From NCBI GenBank assembly GCA_027021705.1, contig JALUTT010000145.1, forward strand, positions 827-64,826: a stretch of DNA of 64,000 nt. The letters run 5' to 3'. The translations under genes and the position numbers were made by a program. Position 1 is the stretch's first letter. Each line of letters starts with the position of its first letter. Origin of the DNA: Anaerolineae bacterium. Its GTDB lineage: Bacteria > Chloroflexota > Anaerolineae > S140-20. The notes under the pieces are model-generated. The model was not told where the DNA came from, searched no databases, and worked only from the letters and a program-made list of their open reading frames with translations. Positions 8,197-17,543 of this stretch are shown one piece after another.

Positions 8197-8952
8197 GTGG
8201 AACCACCCATCGTCCTGGAGACCCGGAACCTGCGCAAGGAGTTCGACGGGCTGGTCGCCGTCGCCGACGTCTCGATGAAGGTGCGGGAGGGCCACCTGCA
8301 CGCCATCATCGGCCCCAACGGTGCCGGCAAGACGACCCTCTTCAACCTCATCAGCGGCCACATCCCGCCGACCGCCGGGCGCGTCTACCTGCGGGGGCGG
8401 GAGATCACCGGCCTGCCGCCCCACCGCATCGCGCGGCTGGGGATCGGGCGCTCCTTCCAGATCACCAACCTCTTCCCCAACCTGACCGTGCTGGAGAACA
8501 TCCGGCTGGCCGCCCAGGCACGGGGCCGGGACAGCCTCAAGTTCTGGTCCTCCCACCGCCGCTTCCGCCGGTATCGGGAGCGGGCGATGGAGGTGATCCG
8601 GCAGGTCGGCCTCTCCGGCCGTGAGCAGCTCCCGGCGCGGGTCCTCCCCCACGGCGACCAGCGGAAGCTGGAGATCGGCATCCTCCTGGCCTCCGACCCC
8701 CAGGTGCTGCTCCTGGACGAGCCGACGGCGGGGATGGCGGCGGAGGAGGTGCCCCTGCTGGTGGAGACGATCCGCCGCATCCAGGAAGAGGGCAACCGGA
8801 CGATCCTGCTGGTGGAGCACAAGATGGACGTGGTGATGACCATCTCCGACCGGGTCACGGTGATGCACCAGGGTCGCGTCCTGGCCGAAGGAACTCCGGC
8901 CCAGATCGCCGCCGACGAGCGGGTGCAGCGGGCTTACCTGGGGGAGATGTAG
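8197..8952 (+). CDS. ABC transporter ATP-binding protein (LivG-like)
   Basis: Walker A GPNGAGKTT, signature and Walker B motifs. Start taken at GTG 8197 (VEPPIVLETRNLRKEF), because the track ORF's ATG at 8077 overlaps the upstream gene. Confidence 0.85.
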   Translation: MEPPIVLETRNLRKEFDGLVAVADVSMKVREGHLHAIIGPNGAGKTTLFNLISGHIPPTAGRVYLRGREITGLPPHRIARLGIGRSFQITNLFPNLTVLENIRLAAQARGRDSLKFWSSHRRFRRYRERAMEVIRQVGLSGREQLPARVLPHGDQRKLEIGILLASDPQVLLLDEPTAGMAAEEVPLLVETIRRIQEEGNRTILLVEHKMDVVMTISDRVTVMHQGRVLAEGTPAQIAADERVQRAYLGEM

Positions 8953-8954
8953 CG

Positions 8955-9665
8955 ATGGGGCGATACCTGCTGGAGGTCCGGGAGATCCACACCTTCATCG
9001 GCCAGTTCCACATCCTTCAGGGCGTCTCGCTGGCGGTGCCGGAGGGGAGCATCACCGCCGTCCTGGGCCGCAACGGGGCCGGCAAGACGACGACCCTCAA
9101 GTCGGTCCTGGGCCTCACCCCGCCGCGCCGGGGCAGGGTGCTCCTCGCCGGGCAGGAGGTTCAGGGCCGGCCCGCCTACGAGATCGCCGCGATGGGGGTG
9201 GGGTACGTCCCCGAGCACCGGGCCATCTTCACCGACCTCACCGTCGCCGAGAACCTGCGCATCGCCGAGCGGCGGCGGGGCGACCTGGAGCGGCGGGCCG
9301 ACTTCATCTTTGGCCTCTTCCCGGACCTGAAGCGGCTCTACCGGCTGCCCGGAGGCCATCTCTCCGGCGGGCAGCAGCAGATGCTCGCCATCGCTCGGGC
9401 GCTGGTGCCGGACAACCGGCTGCTGCTGATTGACGAGCCGAGCGAAGGGCTGGCCCCCATCCTGATCCAGCAGTTGATGGAAGCAATTCGTCGCCTCTCC
9501 GAACGGGTGACCGTGGTGCTGGTGGAGCAGAACTTCCAGATGGCCAGCCAACTGGCCGACCGGTACGTGATCATTGACGACGGGCGTTCGGTCCGCTCCG
9601 GCCCGATGGCCGAGCTGCTGGAGGATGAGGCGACGGTCCGCCGCTACCTGGGCGCGGTCGTGTGA
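8955..9665 (+). CDS. ABC transporter ATP-binding protein (LivF-like)
   Basis: Walker A GRNGAGKTT. LSGGQQQMLAIARAL signature. Confidence 0.88.
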   Translation: MGRYLLEVREIHTFIGQFHILQGVSLAVPEGSITAVLGRNGAGKTTTLKSVLGLTPPRRGRVLLAGQEVQGRPAYEIAAMGVGYVPEHRAIFTDLTVAENLRIAERRRGDLERRADFIFGLFPDLKRLYRLPGGHLSGGQQQMLAIARALVPDNRLLLIDEPSEGLAPILIQQLMEAIRRLSERVTVVLVEQNFQMASQLADRYVIIDDGRSVRSGPMAELLEDEATVRRYLGAVV

Positions 9666-9704
9666 GGGCGGCGGGTCGGCACGCTCCGAGGGAGGTCGAA
9701 GCCA

Positions 9705-11249
9705 ATGGGAAAGCGGTCCCGCGCTGCGATCGCATCCATCGTCCTCGCCCTGGTCCTGGTGGGCCTGGCCTACGCCGGGTTCGGGGCCACGAAGACCGCC
9801 TCGGTCTTCCTCTCCGGCCTGACCCTGGCCGCCCTCTACTTCCTCCTGGCGGCGGGGCTCTCCCTGATCTTCGGACTGATGGATGTGCTGAACTTCGCCC
9901 ACGGGACCCTCTTTATGATCGGGGCCTATGCGGGCTACAGCACCTTTGGCAACCCCCGCCTCCTGTTGAACACCCTGCCCCTCTTCCTGACGCTGCTGGC
10001 CGGCGGGATGGTGGGGGCGGTGGCGGGGCGACCGCTGCGGGCCTGGGAGCGGACGGTCCGACGACGCCGGGCCGGCGAGGGGCAGGACGAGGGCGGCCGG
10101 CAGGGGTTGCCGGCCATCCTGGTCCGGCTGCCCCCCTCCCTCATCCTGGCCCTGCTGGCCGTCGGGGTCCTCCTCTGGGGGGTCCGGGGCTTCCCTCTGG
10201 GCCGGCTGGTCGCCTTCGAGGCCACGGCCACCGGTGGGGCGATCCCCACGGCCGAGGCCCAGGAGCCCCTTTCGAGGATGCTCCTCCGCCTGGTCCTGAT
10301 GGCGTTGGCGGGGCTGCTGGCGGGGCCGGCCCTGGTCCGAGGGCGGGAGAGGCGGGGGGTGTGGGGGGAGGTGGCGCTGGCGGTGGGGATCGCCCTCGCC
10401 GGCCTCCTCCTGCTGCTGGCACGCGATCCCCTGGAGGGGTTCCTGCTGGGCCTCTCGGTGGACCTGCGGTTTCTGCTGGCGCTGATCGCCGGGGCTGCCG
10501 TCGGCGGGCTGCTGGGGGCGCTGATGGAACGGACGCTGATCCGCCCCTTCTACGGCAACCCGATCACCCAGATCGTGCTCACGCTGGGGCTGATGTTCGT
10601 GGGGACGGAGCTGGTCAAGGCGGTGTGGGGCCGGGAGGGGCACCCGCCGATGACGGTGCCCAGCCTCTTCGCCGAGAGCTGCCGTTCCGAGACCTTCCTG
10701 GCCTGGCTCACGGAGCACTGCTCTTCCATTGGTGTGCTCGGTCGGGCCTTCCCCACCTACCGGCTGTTCATCATCTTCGTCGGCGGGGTGATCCTGGTGG
10801 GGGTTGGGCTGCTCCTCCAGTACTCCCGGCTGGGGATGATCATCCGCGCCGGGGTGCAGGACAGCGAGATGGTGGAGGCCCTGGGGATCAACGTCCGTCG
10901 CGTCTTCACGCTGGTGTTCGGCCTGGGCTCGGCGCTGGCGGCGCTGGGCGGGGTGGTGGCTGCCCCCTTCGTGGGGGTCTATCCGGAGATGGGGGGGATT
11001 TTCCAGCTCCAGGCCTTCATCGCCGTCGTCATCGGCGGGATGGGGAGCTACGCCGGCACGGCCGTCGGGGCGCTCCTGCTGGGGCTGGCCCGCGCTTTTG
11101 GCGACGCGCTGGTCACCAGCGGCATCGCCCTCCCCTGGGCCGAGCAGGCGCTCAGGGCCTCCCCCGCCGTCGCGCGAGCCTCCACGGTGCTTATCATGGC
11201 CATCGTCCTGCTGGTCCGACCGGCGGGGATCTTCGGTCGAAAGGAGTAG
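9705..11249 (+). CDS. Branched-chain amino acid-type ABC permease (LivH-like) with a large low-complexity internal insertion
   Basis: 514 aa. Multiple transmembrane segments and Liv permease core. Gly/Arg-rich insert of about 200 aa. Confidence 0.8.
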   Translation: MGKRSRAAIASIVLALVLVGLAYAGFGATKTASVFLSGLTLAALYFLLAAGLSLIFGLMDVLNFAHGTLFMIGAYAGYSTFGNPRLLLNTLPLFLTLLAGGMVGAVAGRPLRAWERTVRRRRAGEGQDEGGRQGLPAILVRLPPSLILALLAVGVLLWGVRGFPLGRLVAFEATATGGAIPTAEAQEPLSRMLLRLVLMALAGLLAGPALVRGRERRGVWGEVALAVGIALAGLLLLLARDPLEGFLLGLSVDLRFLLALIAGAAVGGLLGALMERTLIRPFYGNPITQIVLTLGLMFVGTELVKAVWGREGHPPMTVPSLFAESCRSETFLAWLTEHCSSIGVLGRAFPTYRLFIIFVGGVILVGVGLLLQYSRLGMIIRAGVQDSEMVEALGINVRRVFTLVFGLGSALAALGGVVAAPFVGVYPEMGGIFQLQAFIAVVIGGMGSYAGTAVGALLLGLARAFGDALVTSGIALPWAEQALRASPAVARASTVLIMAIVLLVRPAGIFGRKE

Positions 11250-11253
11250 TCGG

Positions 11254-12354
11254 ATGGAGAGGACCGGACTCCCCTCCTGGCTTCGTCGCCGGTGGCCCGG
11301 CCTGGTCGTCCTGCTCGTTTTGGTCCTCTTCCCCTTCGTCGCCGGCCTGACGATGGGGGACCCAACCGCCATCCCGCCGGAGGTCCAGGGGATGGCGCGG
11401 CTGCTGGCGCTGGCCGGGACGGGGCGGGCCAAGTTCTGGCAGGGGATGATCATCCAGGTGCTGATCCTGGCCGTCTTCGCGATGAGTTACGATCTGCTGT
11501 TGGGGTACACCGGCATCATCTCCTTCGGCCACGCCATGTTCTACGGGGTGGGCGGGTACGTCGTCGGCATCCTCCTGAAGCACTTCGCGTGGCCCATCGG
11601 AGCGGCGGTGGGGGCCGTGGTGCTGGTGGCCGTCGTCCAGAGCCTGCTCATCGGCCTCCTCTCCCTGCGGGTCAAGGGGGTCTACCTGGCGATGGTGACC
11701 CTGGCCTTCGCCGAGTTCTTCTTCATCCTCTCCGAAGCGACCGACTTTCGGCGGTACACCGGGGCCGACGATGGGCTGCACGGGATCTACCTCCCGCCGG
11801 CGATCAGCCCCACCGACCACCGGACCCGCTTCTACTTCCTCACCCTGGTCTTCTTCGTGATGATGTACCTGGCGGCGCGGCGGCTGGTGGACTCCCCCAC
11901 CGGGCGGGTGATGGTGGCGATCCGGGAGAACGAGCAGCGGGCGGCGACGCTGGGGTACAATACCTTTGCGTACAAGTTGATCGCCCTGGTGGCCTCGGGG
12001 CTGCTGGCCGCGTTGGCCGGCGCACTTCACGCCACCTTCAACCTGGGGGTGACCCCCTCCACGCTGAGCGTGGGGACCACCATTGACGTCCTGGCGATGA
12101 CCATCGTCGGCGGCGCCGGCACCCTGACCGGCCCCGTGCTGGGCGCGGCCATCGTCCACCTCCTGGGCTACTGGCTCAACCGCCTCTTCGGCCCGGCGTG
12201 GACCCTGATCTTCGGTGCCGTCTTCGTCCTCATCGTGGTCTTTCTCCCCTACGGCATCGTGGGCACGATCCGAGCCCGCTCCCTTCGGTGGCAGGCCGGC
12301 CGGCGGCGATGGCTGCGGCTGCTGGGTGTGGAGGGGTGGAAAGCGGGAGGATAG
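11254..12354 (+). CDS. Branched-chain amino acid-type ABC permease (LivM-like)
   Basis: Start at the ATG after ribosome-binding site AAGGAG (MERTGLPSWL...). Hydrophobic permease body. Confidence 0.8.
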   Translation: MERTGLPSWLRRRWPGLVVLLVLVLFPFVAGLTMGDPTAIPPEVQGMARLLALAGTGRAKFWQGMIIQVLILAVFAMSYDLLLGYTGIISFGHAMFYGVGGYVVGILLKHFAWPIGAAVGAVVLVAVVQSLLIGLLSLRVKGVYLAMVTLAFAEFFFILSEATDFRRYTGADDGLHGIYLPPAISPTDHRTRFYFLTLVFFVMMYLAARRLVDSPTGRVMVAIRENEQRAATLGYNTFAYKLIALVASGLLAALAGALHATFNLGVTPSTLSVGTTIDVLAMTIVGGAGTLTGPVLGAAIVHLLGYWLNRLFGPAWTLIFGAVFVLIVVFLPYGIVGTIRARSLRWQAGRRRWLRLLGVEGWKAGG

Positions 12355-12403
12355 CGCGACAACGGCGCACCTACGCCACCAACGGAAGGGGTATAAGAGA
12401 CTG

Positions 12404-12442
12404 CCCCAGCACTGCAAGCGGTGCTGGGGCTTGATCTTCTGG
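12404..12442 (+). terminator. Putative intrinsic terminator after the liv-type operon
   Basis: ccccagcac-tgcaagcg-gtgctgggg hairpin followed by cttgatcttct. Confidence 0.5.
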
Positions 12443-12545
12443 CGGACAGGGGGTAGAATTGAGGGGCCTCGGCCGGAGGACAACGGCAGGAGGTACGGGG
12501 GGGGCGAAGTCCTTCCCTCACACCACGCGACCGGAGGTCAAAACG

Positions 12546-13394
12546 ATGACGCGACAACGGATGTTGGTCCTCGTGGGGCTGGGGCTCGTGACCGGTGGAG
12601 CCCTGCTGGTCCTGGCCGCGCTGGCGATGAGCCTGCTCAAGTCGGCCGCACCCCTTCCCACCGTCACCCCGCCTGCCCCGACCCAGGTACCGGTCTACAC
12701 CCCGCCGCCCCCACCGCCCACCTTCACCCCCACGCCCACGGCGACCCCCACTCCCACCGCCACGCCCAGCCCCGTCCCCAGCCCCACCGGCACGGCCACG
12801 CCAACCCCAACCCCCTGGCCCACCTGGACCCCTTCCCCCACGCCCCAGGTGACGCCGGTGGCCGCCCTGCTCCAGAACCCCGAGTTCGAGGGCATCCTGC
12901 CCGGCCTCATCCCCGGCTGGTCCTGGTCGGCGGTGGACAACTTCGAGCCGGGCGGGGAATTCAACCCCGACACCAGCTTCGAGACGCCGCTGATCAAGCA
13001 GGCCGACGATCCCCGCCGCTTCATCCACGGTGACACCCTGCAGATAGACGGCGTGCACTACCTCAAGTTCAAGGCCACCGTCTACCAGACCGTCACCGTG
13101 ACGCCGGGGAGTCGCCTCCTTTTCCGGGCCAAAGCTGGCGGCTACTCCGACGGCGGTGGCATCATCGTGGCCGCCGGCGTGGATCCCGAGGGGCGAGAGG
13201 GGTGCGACCAGGCCCAGTGGGGACCGATGCTGACGGTGGACCAGACCAACAGCCCTGTGGTCGTCGAGGCCCCTTCCATCATCGTGGGGGAGGGTGGGCA
13301 GGTGACCGTCTGCCTCTACGCCGAGACCAAGTACGCCCAGGTCAGCAACGCGGCCTTCTTCGACCAGGCGGAGCTGGAGGTGGAAGCGCCGTGA
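12546..13394 (+). CDS. Hypothetical membrane-anchored or secreted protein with a Pro/Thr-rich linker and a beta-rich C-terminal domain
   Basis: Start taken at MTRQRMLVLVGLGLV after ribosome-binding site GGAGG. N-terminal transmembrane segment or signal. PTFTPTPTATPTPT linker. Confidence 0.6.
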   Translation: MTRQRMLVLVGLGLVTGGALLVLAALAMSLLKSAAPLPTVTPPAPTQVPVYTPPPPPPTFTPTPTATPTPTATPSPVPSPTGTATPTPTPWPTWTPSPTPQVTPVAALLQNPEFEGILPGLIPGWSWSAVDNFEPGGEFNPDTSFETPLIKQADDPRRFIHGDTLQIDGVHYLKFKATVYQTVTVTPGSRLLFRAKAGGYSDGGGIIVAAGVDPEGREGCDQAQWGPMLTVDQTNSPVVVEAPSIIVGEGGQVTVCLYAETKYAQVSNAAFFDQAELEVEAP

Positions 13395-13425
13395 GGAAGG
13401 CTCCGGGCTACGCGGGGGCGCTGCC

Positions 13426-14595
13426 CTACCCCGCCATCGCCTGGTCCAGGTCGGCGATGAGGTCTTCGACGTCCTCGAGGCCGACGGCCAGCCGGACCAG
13501 GCCGTCGGTGATGCCGGCGGCCAGGCGGGCCTCCCGGGGGACGCTGTGGTGGGTTGTGCTGGCGGGATGGGTGATCAGGGTCCGGGTGTCGCCCAGGCTC
13601 ACCGCGCGGGTGCAAAGCTGCACCCGGTCGAGGAGGTGGGCTCCTGCGCTCATCCCCCCTTTCAGTTCGAAGACGACGACCCCGCCACCGCCGTTGGGCA
13701 TCTGGCGGCGGGCCAAGTCGTGCTGGGGATGGTCGGGGTGCCAGGGGTAGCGCACCCAGGCCACGGCCGGGTGATCGGCCAGCCACTCAGCGATCCGCAG
13801 GGCGTTCTCGTTGTGGCGGGCCATGCGCAGTGGGAAGGTGTGGAGCCCCCGGGTGATCAGCCAGGCGTTGAAGGGGCTGATGCAGCCGCCGAAGTGGCGC
13901 AGCGGCCCCTGCAGGGCCTGCTGGATGAAGGCGCGTTGACCCACGATCACGCCTCCCAGCGCGTCGCCGTGCCCTCCCAGGAACTTCGTGGCCGAGTGGA
14001 TCACCACGTCTACGCCCAGCGTCAGGGGGCGCTGGTTGTAGGGCGTCGCAAAGGTGTTGTCTATCATCGTCAGGATGCCCCGCTCCCGGGCGATGGCGGC
14101 GATGGCAGCGATGTCGTTGAGGGAGAGGGTGGGGTTGCCGGGGGATTCCAGGTAGATGACGCGGGTGGTGGGGCGCAAGGCGGCCTCGAAGGCCGCCGGG
14201 TCCGTGGCCTCGGCCAGCGTCGTCTCCACGCCAAAGCGGGGCAGGTCGTGGACGATGAAGTGGTAGGTGCCGCTGTAGAGGCCGGTGGTGGCCACCACGT
14301 GGTCGCCCGCCTGGAGGACGGTCAGGAGGGCGGTGCTGACCGCGGCCATGCCCGATGCCGTTGCCAAGGCGGCCTCCCCGCCCTCTAAGGCGGCGACCTT
14401 GGCCTCCAGGATGGCGGTCGTCGGGTTGCCCCAGCGGGTGTAGATGGGCAGCGCCTCGCTCTCAAAGGCGTAGACGGCTTCCTCGGCATTCTCGAAGCGG
14501 TAGGTGGTCGCCATGTGGATGGGCGGTGCGACATCTCGCTCCGCCGCGCCCTCGCCAACGTGGATCGCTGTGGTGTGGGGACCCCAGGAATGCAT
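13426..14595 (-). CDS. PLP-dependent trans-sulfuration family enzyme (cystathionine gamma-synthase / O-acetylhomoserine sulfhydrylase / methionine gamma-lyase family)
   Basis: 389 aa. Cys/Met-metabolism PLP family hallmarks (TTAIHVG..., SATKFLGGHGD lysine region). Ribosome-binding site AAGGAGGA. Confidence 0.88.
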   Translation of the reverse strand: MHSWGPHTTAIHVGEGAAERDVAPPIHMATTYRFENAEEAVYAFESEALPIYTRWGNPTTAILEAKVAALEGGEAALATASGMAAVSTALLTVLQAGDHVVATTGLYSGTYHFIVHDLPRFGVETTLAEATDPAAFEAALRPTTRVIYLESPGNPTLSLNDIAAIAAIARERGILTMIDNTFATPYNQRPLTLGVDVVIHSATKFLGGHGDALGGVIVGQRAFIQQALQGPLRHFGGCISPFNAWLITRGLHTFPLRMARHNENALRIAEWLADHPAVAWVRYPWHPDHPQHDLARRQMPNGGGGVVVFELKGGMSAGAHLLDRVQLCTRAVSLGDTRTLITHPASTTHHSVPREARLAAGITDGLVRLAVGLEDVEDLIADLDQAMAG

Positions 14596-14863
14596 AGGAT
14601 GTTTCCTCCTTGTAGCTTGGGATCGTGGTGGGTGCCCAGAGTGCTGGGCATCCGCCTTGGTCTACGACACCTTAGCCTGAGGGGGCGTAGGGAAGCCGTA
14701 GGGGAAGCGTAGGCAGGCCGTCCAGCATCCCTGCAACGAAGGGAATAAGATGGACACGGATTTGGCGGATTCTCTTCTTCTCCTCCTCATTTCGGCGAGA
14801 GCCGGGGATGTCGGCGGTCCCGGCTCTCGCTGATTGTTCCCACCTCTTCCTCTCTCATCTCCC

Positions 14864-15787
14864 TCATCTCCTGGTTCCTCCGGTGGTGGAGAACGGGGAG
14901 GGCTCGCCTCCCCGCGAGAAGGGCTCGATGGCCTGGCGCACCTGCTGGGTCAGACGGCCAAAGGTCTCGCTGGACAGGATCTCTCCATAGCGAGGGCGGG
15001 GCAGGGGGATAGGGATGATCGCCCGGATGTGACCGGGGCGGGCGCTCATCACCAGCACGCGATCTCCCAGGAAGACGGCCTCGGGGATGCTGTGGGTGAC
15101 CATCACCACCGTCTTGCGCTGGGCCTGCCAGATGCGCAGCAACTCCAGCGCCATCTGCTCCCGGGTCAGCGCGTCGAGGGAGCCGAAGGGCTCGTCCAGC
15201 AGCAGGAGTTCGGGATCGTGGATCAGGGCCCGGGCGATGGCCACCCGCTGGGCCATCCCCCCGGAGAGTTCGGCGGGGTAGGCGTCTTCAAAGCCGGAGA
15301 GCCCCACCAGGGCGATGAGGGCTTCGGCCCGTCGGCGGGTCTCCTCGGGGTCCAGCCCTGCGATCTCCAGGGGCAGGGCCACATTCTGCCGCACCGTCCG
15401 CCAGGGCATTAGGTTGGCCTTCTGAAAGACGATGCCGATCTGACGGCGGGGGCGGGTCAAGGGCTCTTCGTTCAGCCAGACGGCCCCCTGGGTTGGCCGG
15501 ATCAGGCCGGCCAGCAGGCGGAGCAGGGTGGACTTCCCACAGCCCGAGGGACCGACGATGCAGAGGAATTCTCCCGGGGCGACGGCCAGGGAGACGTTCT
15601 CCAGCGCCTGGATCTCGCCGGAAGGGCCTGTGAAGAAGACGGAGAGCCCTTCGGCCCGGAGCAGGGGGGTGGGGGTATTGGACGCCGGGGGGGCGATGGG
15701 CGCTCCCCCGACCTCGAGGAGGGAGGCGCGGGAAGGCGCTGCCCCCCCCTCCGGATCAGGGCAGGAAGTCATTGTTGAAGAGGTCAT
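14864..15787 (-). CDS. ABC transporter ATP-binding protein, NitT/TauT (SsuB/TauB-like) family
   Basis: Walker A GPSGCGKST. Short ABC ATPase. The N-terminal 50 aa is low-complexity, so the true start may be further downstream. Confidence 0.8.
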   Translation of the reverse strand: MTSSTMTSCPDPEGGAAPSRASLLEVGGAPIAPPASNTPTPLLRAEGLSVFFTGPSGEIQALENVSLAVAPGEFLCIVGPSGCGKSTLLRLLAGLIRPTQGAVWLNEEPLTRPRRQIGIVFQKANLMPWRTVRQNVALPLEIAGLDPEETRRRAEALIALVGLSGFEDAYPAELSGGMAQRVAIARALIHDPELLLLDEPFGSLDALTREQMALELLRIWQAQRKTVVMVTHSIPEAVFLGDRVLVMSARPGHIRAIIPIPLPRPRYGEILSSETFGRLTQQVRQAIEPFSRGGEPSPFSTTGGTRR

Positions 15788-16733
15788 CCACGTTCAGCTC
15801 AACGTCCAGGAGGCCGGCTGCCTGCATCACCTGGATGCCCTTCTCCCACGTCTCGCGCTCGGAGTAGCCCAGCCGCTCGGCCCGCCAGTAGTCCAACGTG
15901 GCTTGCAGGACCGCCCGTTGCACATCGGCGTTGTCGGCCAGCCCCTCGACGTAGTGGGTGCTGATCTGGAAGGCGGCCTCGGGATCGTCCAGCGTGTCTT
16001 GCAGCCCCCGCAGGAAAGCCCGCACGAAGGCGCGGACCAACTCTGGCTCCTGAGCGATGGTCTGCTCATTGGTGATGAGGCCGTTGGCCGGCAGGTCGGC
16101 GTAGTCGGCCACCGGGATGACCTGCAGGTCGTACCCCTCCTGTTGTAGCAGGATGGGCTCGTTGTTGACGTAGACGACGGCAGCGTCCACCCGACCTTCC
16201 ACCAGGCTCTCCTTCTGTGTGTAGCCGATGGTCAGGAGCTGAACCTTGGTCTCGTCCAGGTGTGCTGCCTCTACCAACGCTCGCCAGCCGATGAAGCTGG
16301 CCCCGAAGGTCTCGGGGATGCCCACCCGCCGTCCCTCTAGGTCTTGGGGCGAGCGGATCCCGCTCTCGGTCAGGGCGACCACCGCGATGGGGAAGCGTTG
16401 ATACCACTCGGTGATGTAGACCACGGGCAGTCCCTGCGCCCGGGCCAGGATCACCTGATCGCCGCTGGCGATGGCGAAGGGGAGCTCACCTACCCCCACC
16501 AGTTTGACCCCGTCGGTCTCAAAGCTGTAGTCGAACTCGAGGGCGAGACCCTCCTCGGCGAAGTATCCCCGCTCCACCGCCACGTAGATGGGGGCGAACT
16601 GGACGTTGGGGATGTACCCCATAGGTAGCCGGATGGTGCGAAGGGTCGGTGTGGGGGAGGCTTTCCCCGTACAGGCCGTCAGCAGGAAGGCTACGATCAG
16701 GGCGACGCTTGCTAGACCTTTCTTCTTGCGCAT
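15756..16733 (-). CDS. ABC transporter substrate-binding lipoprotein, NMT1/SsuA/TauA-like
   Basis: Lipobox LLTAC. PBP2-type sulfonate/nitrate-family body. Confidence 0.8.
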   Translation of the reverse strand: MRKKKGLASVALIVAFLLTACTGKASPTPTLRTIRLPMGYIPNVQFAPIYVAVERGYFAEEGLALEFDYSFETDGVKLVGVGELPFAIASGDQVILARAQGLPVVYITEWYQRFPIAVVALTESGIRSPQDLEGRRVGIPETFGASFIGWRALVEAAHLDETKVQLLTIGYTQKESLVEGRVDAAVVYVNNEPILLQQEGYDLQVIPVADYADLPANGLITNEQTIAQEPELVRAFVRAFLRGLQDTLDDPEAAFQISTHYVEGLADNADVQRAVLQATLDYWRAERLGYSERETWEKGIQVMQAAGLLDVELNVDDLFNNDFLP

Positions 16734-16736
16734 CGT

Positions 16737-17525
16737 TTACATCCTCCAGGGCTCTCTCCTCACCTGCCAGCGGAGCAGCCGTCGTTCCAGCCAGGCCGTT
16801 CCGCCGTAGAGGGTGAGGGCGATGGCGATAAGCGCGGCGATGGCGACGAAGATGAGGGGGGTGTCGAAGAGGCCCTGTCCCAGCCGGACCAGGAAGCCCA
16901 GCCCCTGGTCGGCGGCGACGAACTCGCCTACCACGGCCCCGATTACCGAGAGGGTGGCGCCGACCTTCAGCCCGCCCAGCAGGACGGGCAGCGCGGCGGG
17001 TACCTCCAGTTTAGTGAAGACCTGCCAGCGGCTGGCCTCCAGCGAGCGCATGAGGTCCATCAGTTCGGGCTCCACCGAGCGGATACCGACCATCGTGTTG
17101 ACCAGCATTGGAAAGAAGATGACCAAGGCGCAGACCAGCACCTTGGAGAGCAGCCCCGGCCCGAACCAGATCACCAGTAGGGGGGCCAGGGCCACCATAG
17201 GCACCGCCTGGGAAGCGACGATGTAGGGGGCCAGCAGCCGCTCCACCAGGTGGGATTTGCCCAGCAGGTAGCCCAGGGCGGTCGCCGTGGCTATGCCGAC
17301 CAGCAACCCTCCCAGGACCTCCTGCAGCGTGACCCAGGTGTGACGAAGCAGGGTCCCGTCGGTCAGAAGCCCCCAGAAGCGTTGCCAGACGCGGTCGGGG
17401 CCGGGTAAGATGAAGGCCGGATAGTCCCCCAGGTAGACCACGGCGATCCACAGCCCCAGGAAGAGGATGGCCACCAGTGGTGTGAGCCAGACCTCTGGAC
17501 GACGGTTCCACCAAGGCATCCGCAA
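16737..17525 (-). CDS. ABC transporter permease, NitT/TauT family (SsuC-like)
   Basis: 262 aa, six transmembrane segments, BPD-transporter EAA-loop region. Confidence 0.82.
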   Translation of the reverse strand: MRMPWWNRRPEVWLTPLVAILFLGLWIAVVYLGDYPAFILPGPDRVWQRFWGLLTDGTLLRHTWVTLQEVLGGLLVGIATATALGYLLGKSHLVERLLAPYIVASQAVPMVALAPLLVIWFGPGLLSKVLVCALVIFFPMLVNTMVGIRSVEPELMDLMRSLEASRWQVFTKLEVPAALPVLLGGLKVGATLSVIGAVVGEFVAADQGLGFLVRLGQGLFDTPLIFVAIAALIAIALTLYGGTAWLERRLLRWQVRREPWRM

Positions 17526-17543
17526 GGCTCCCTCCAGACCTGA

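Noticed and set aside
14596-14863. Possible SAM or T-box riboswitch upstream of the metB-family gene.
   Set aside because: Read on the minus strand, the leader lacks the SAM-I core (GGUGCCAAUUCC / P1 AUC...GAUGAG pairing) and has no T-box-like specifier/antiterminator. Only a 10-bp-stem hairpin (cgagagccgg...ccggctctcg) is evident. A covariance-model scan would be needed to be sure.
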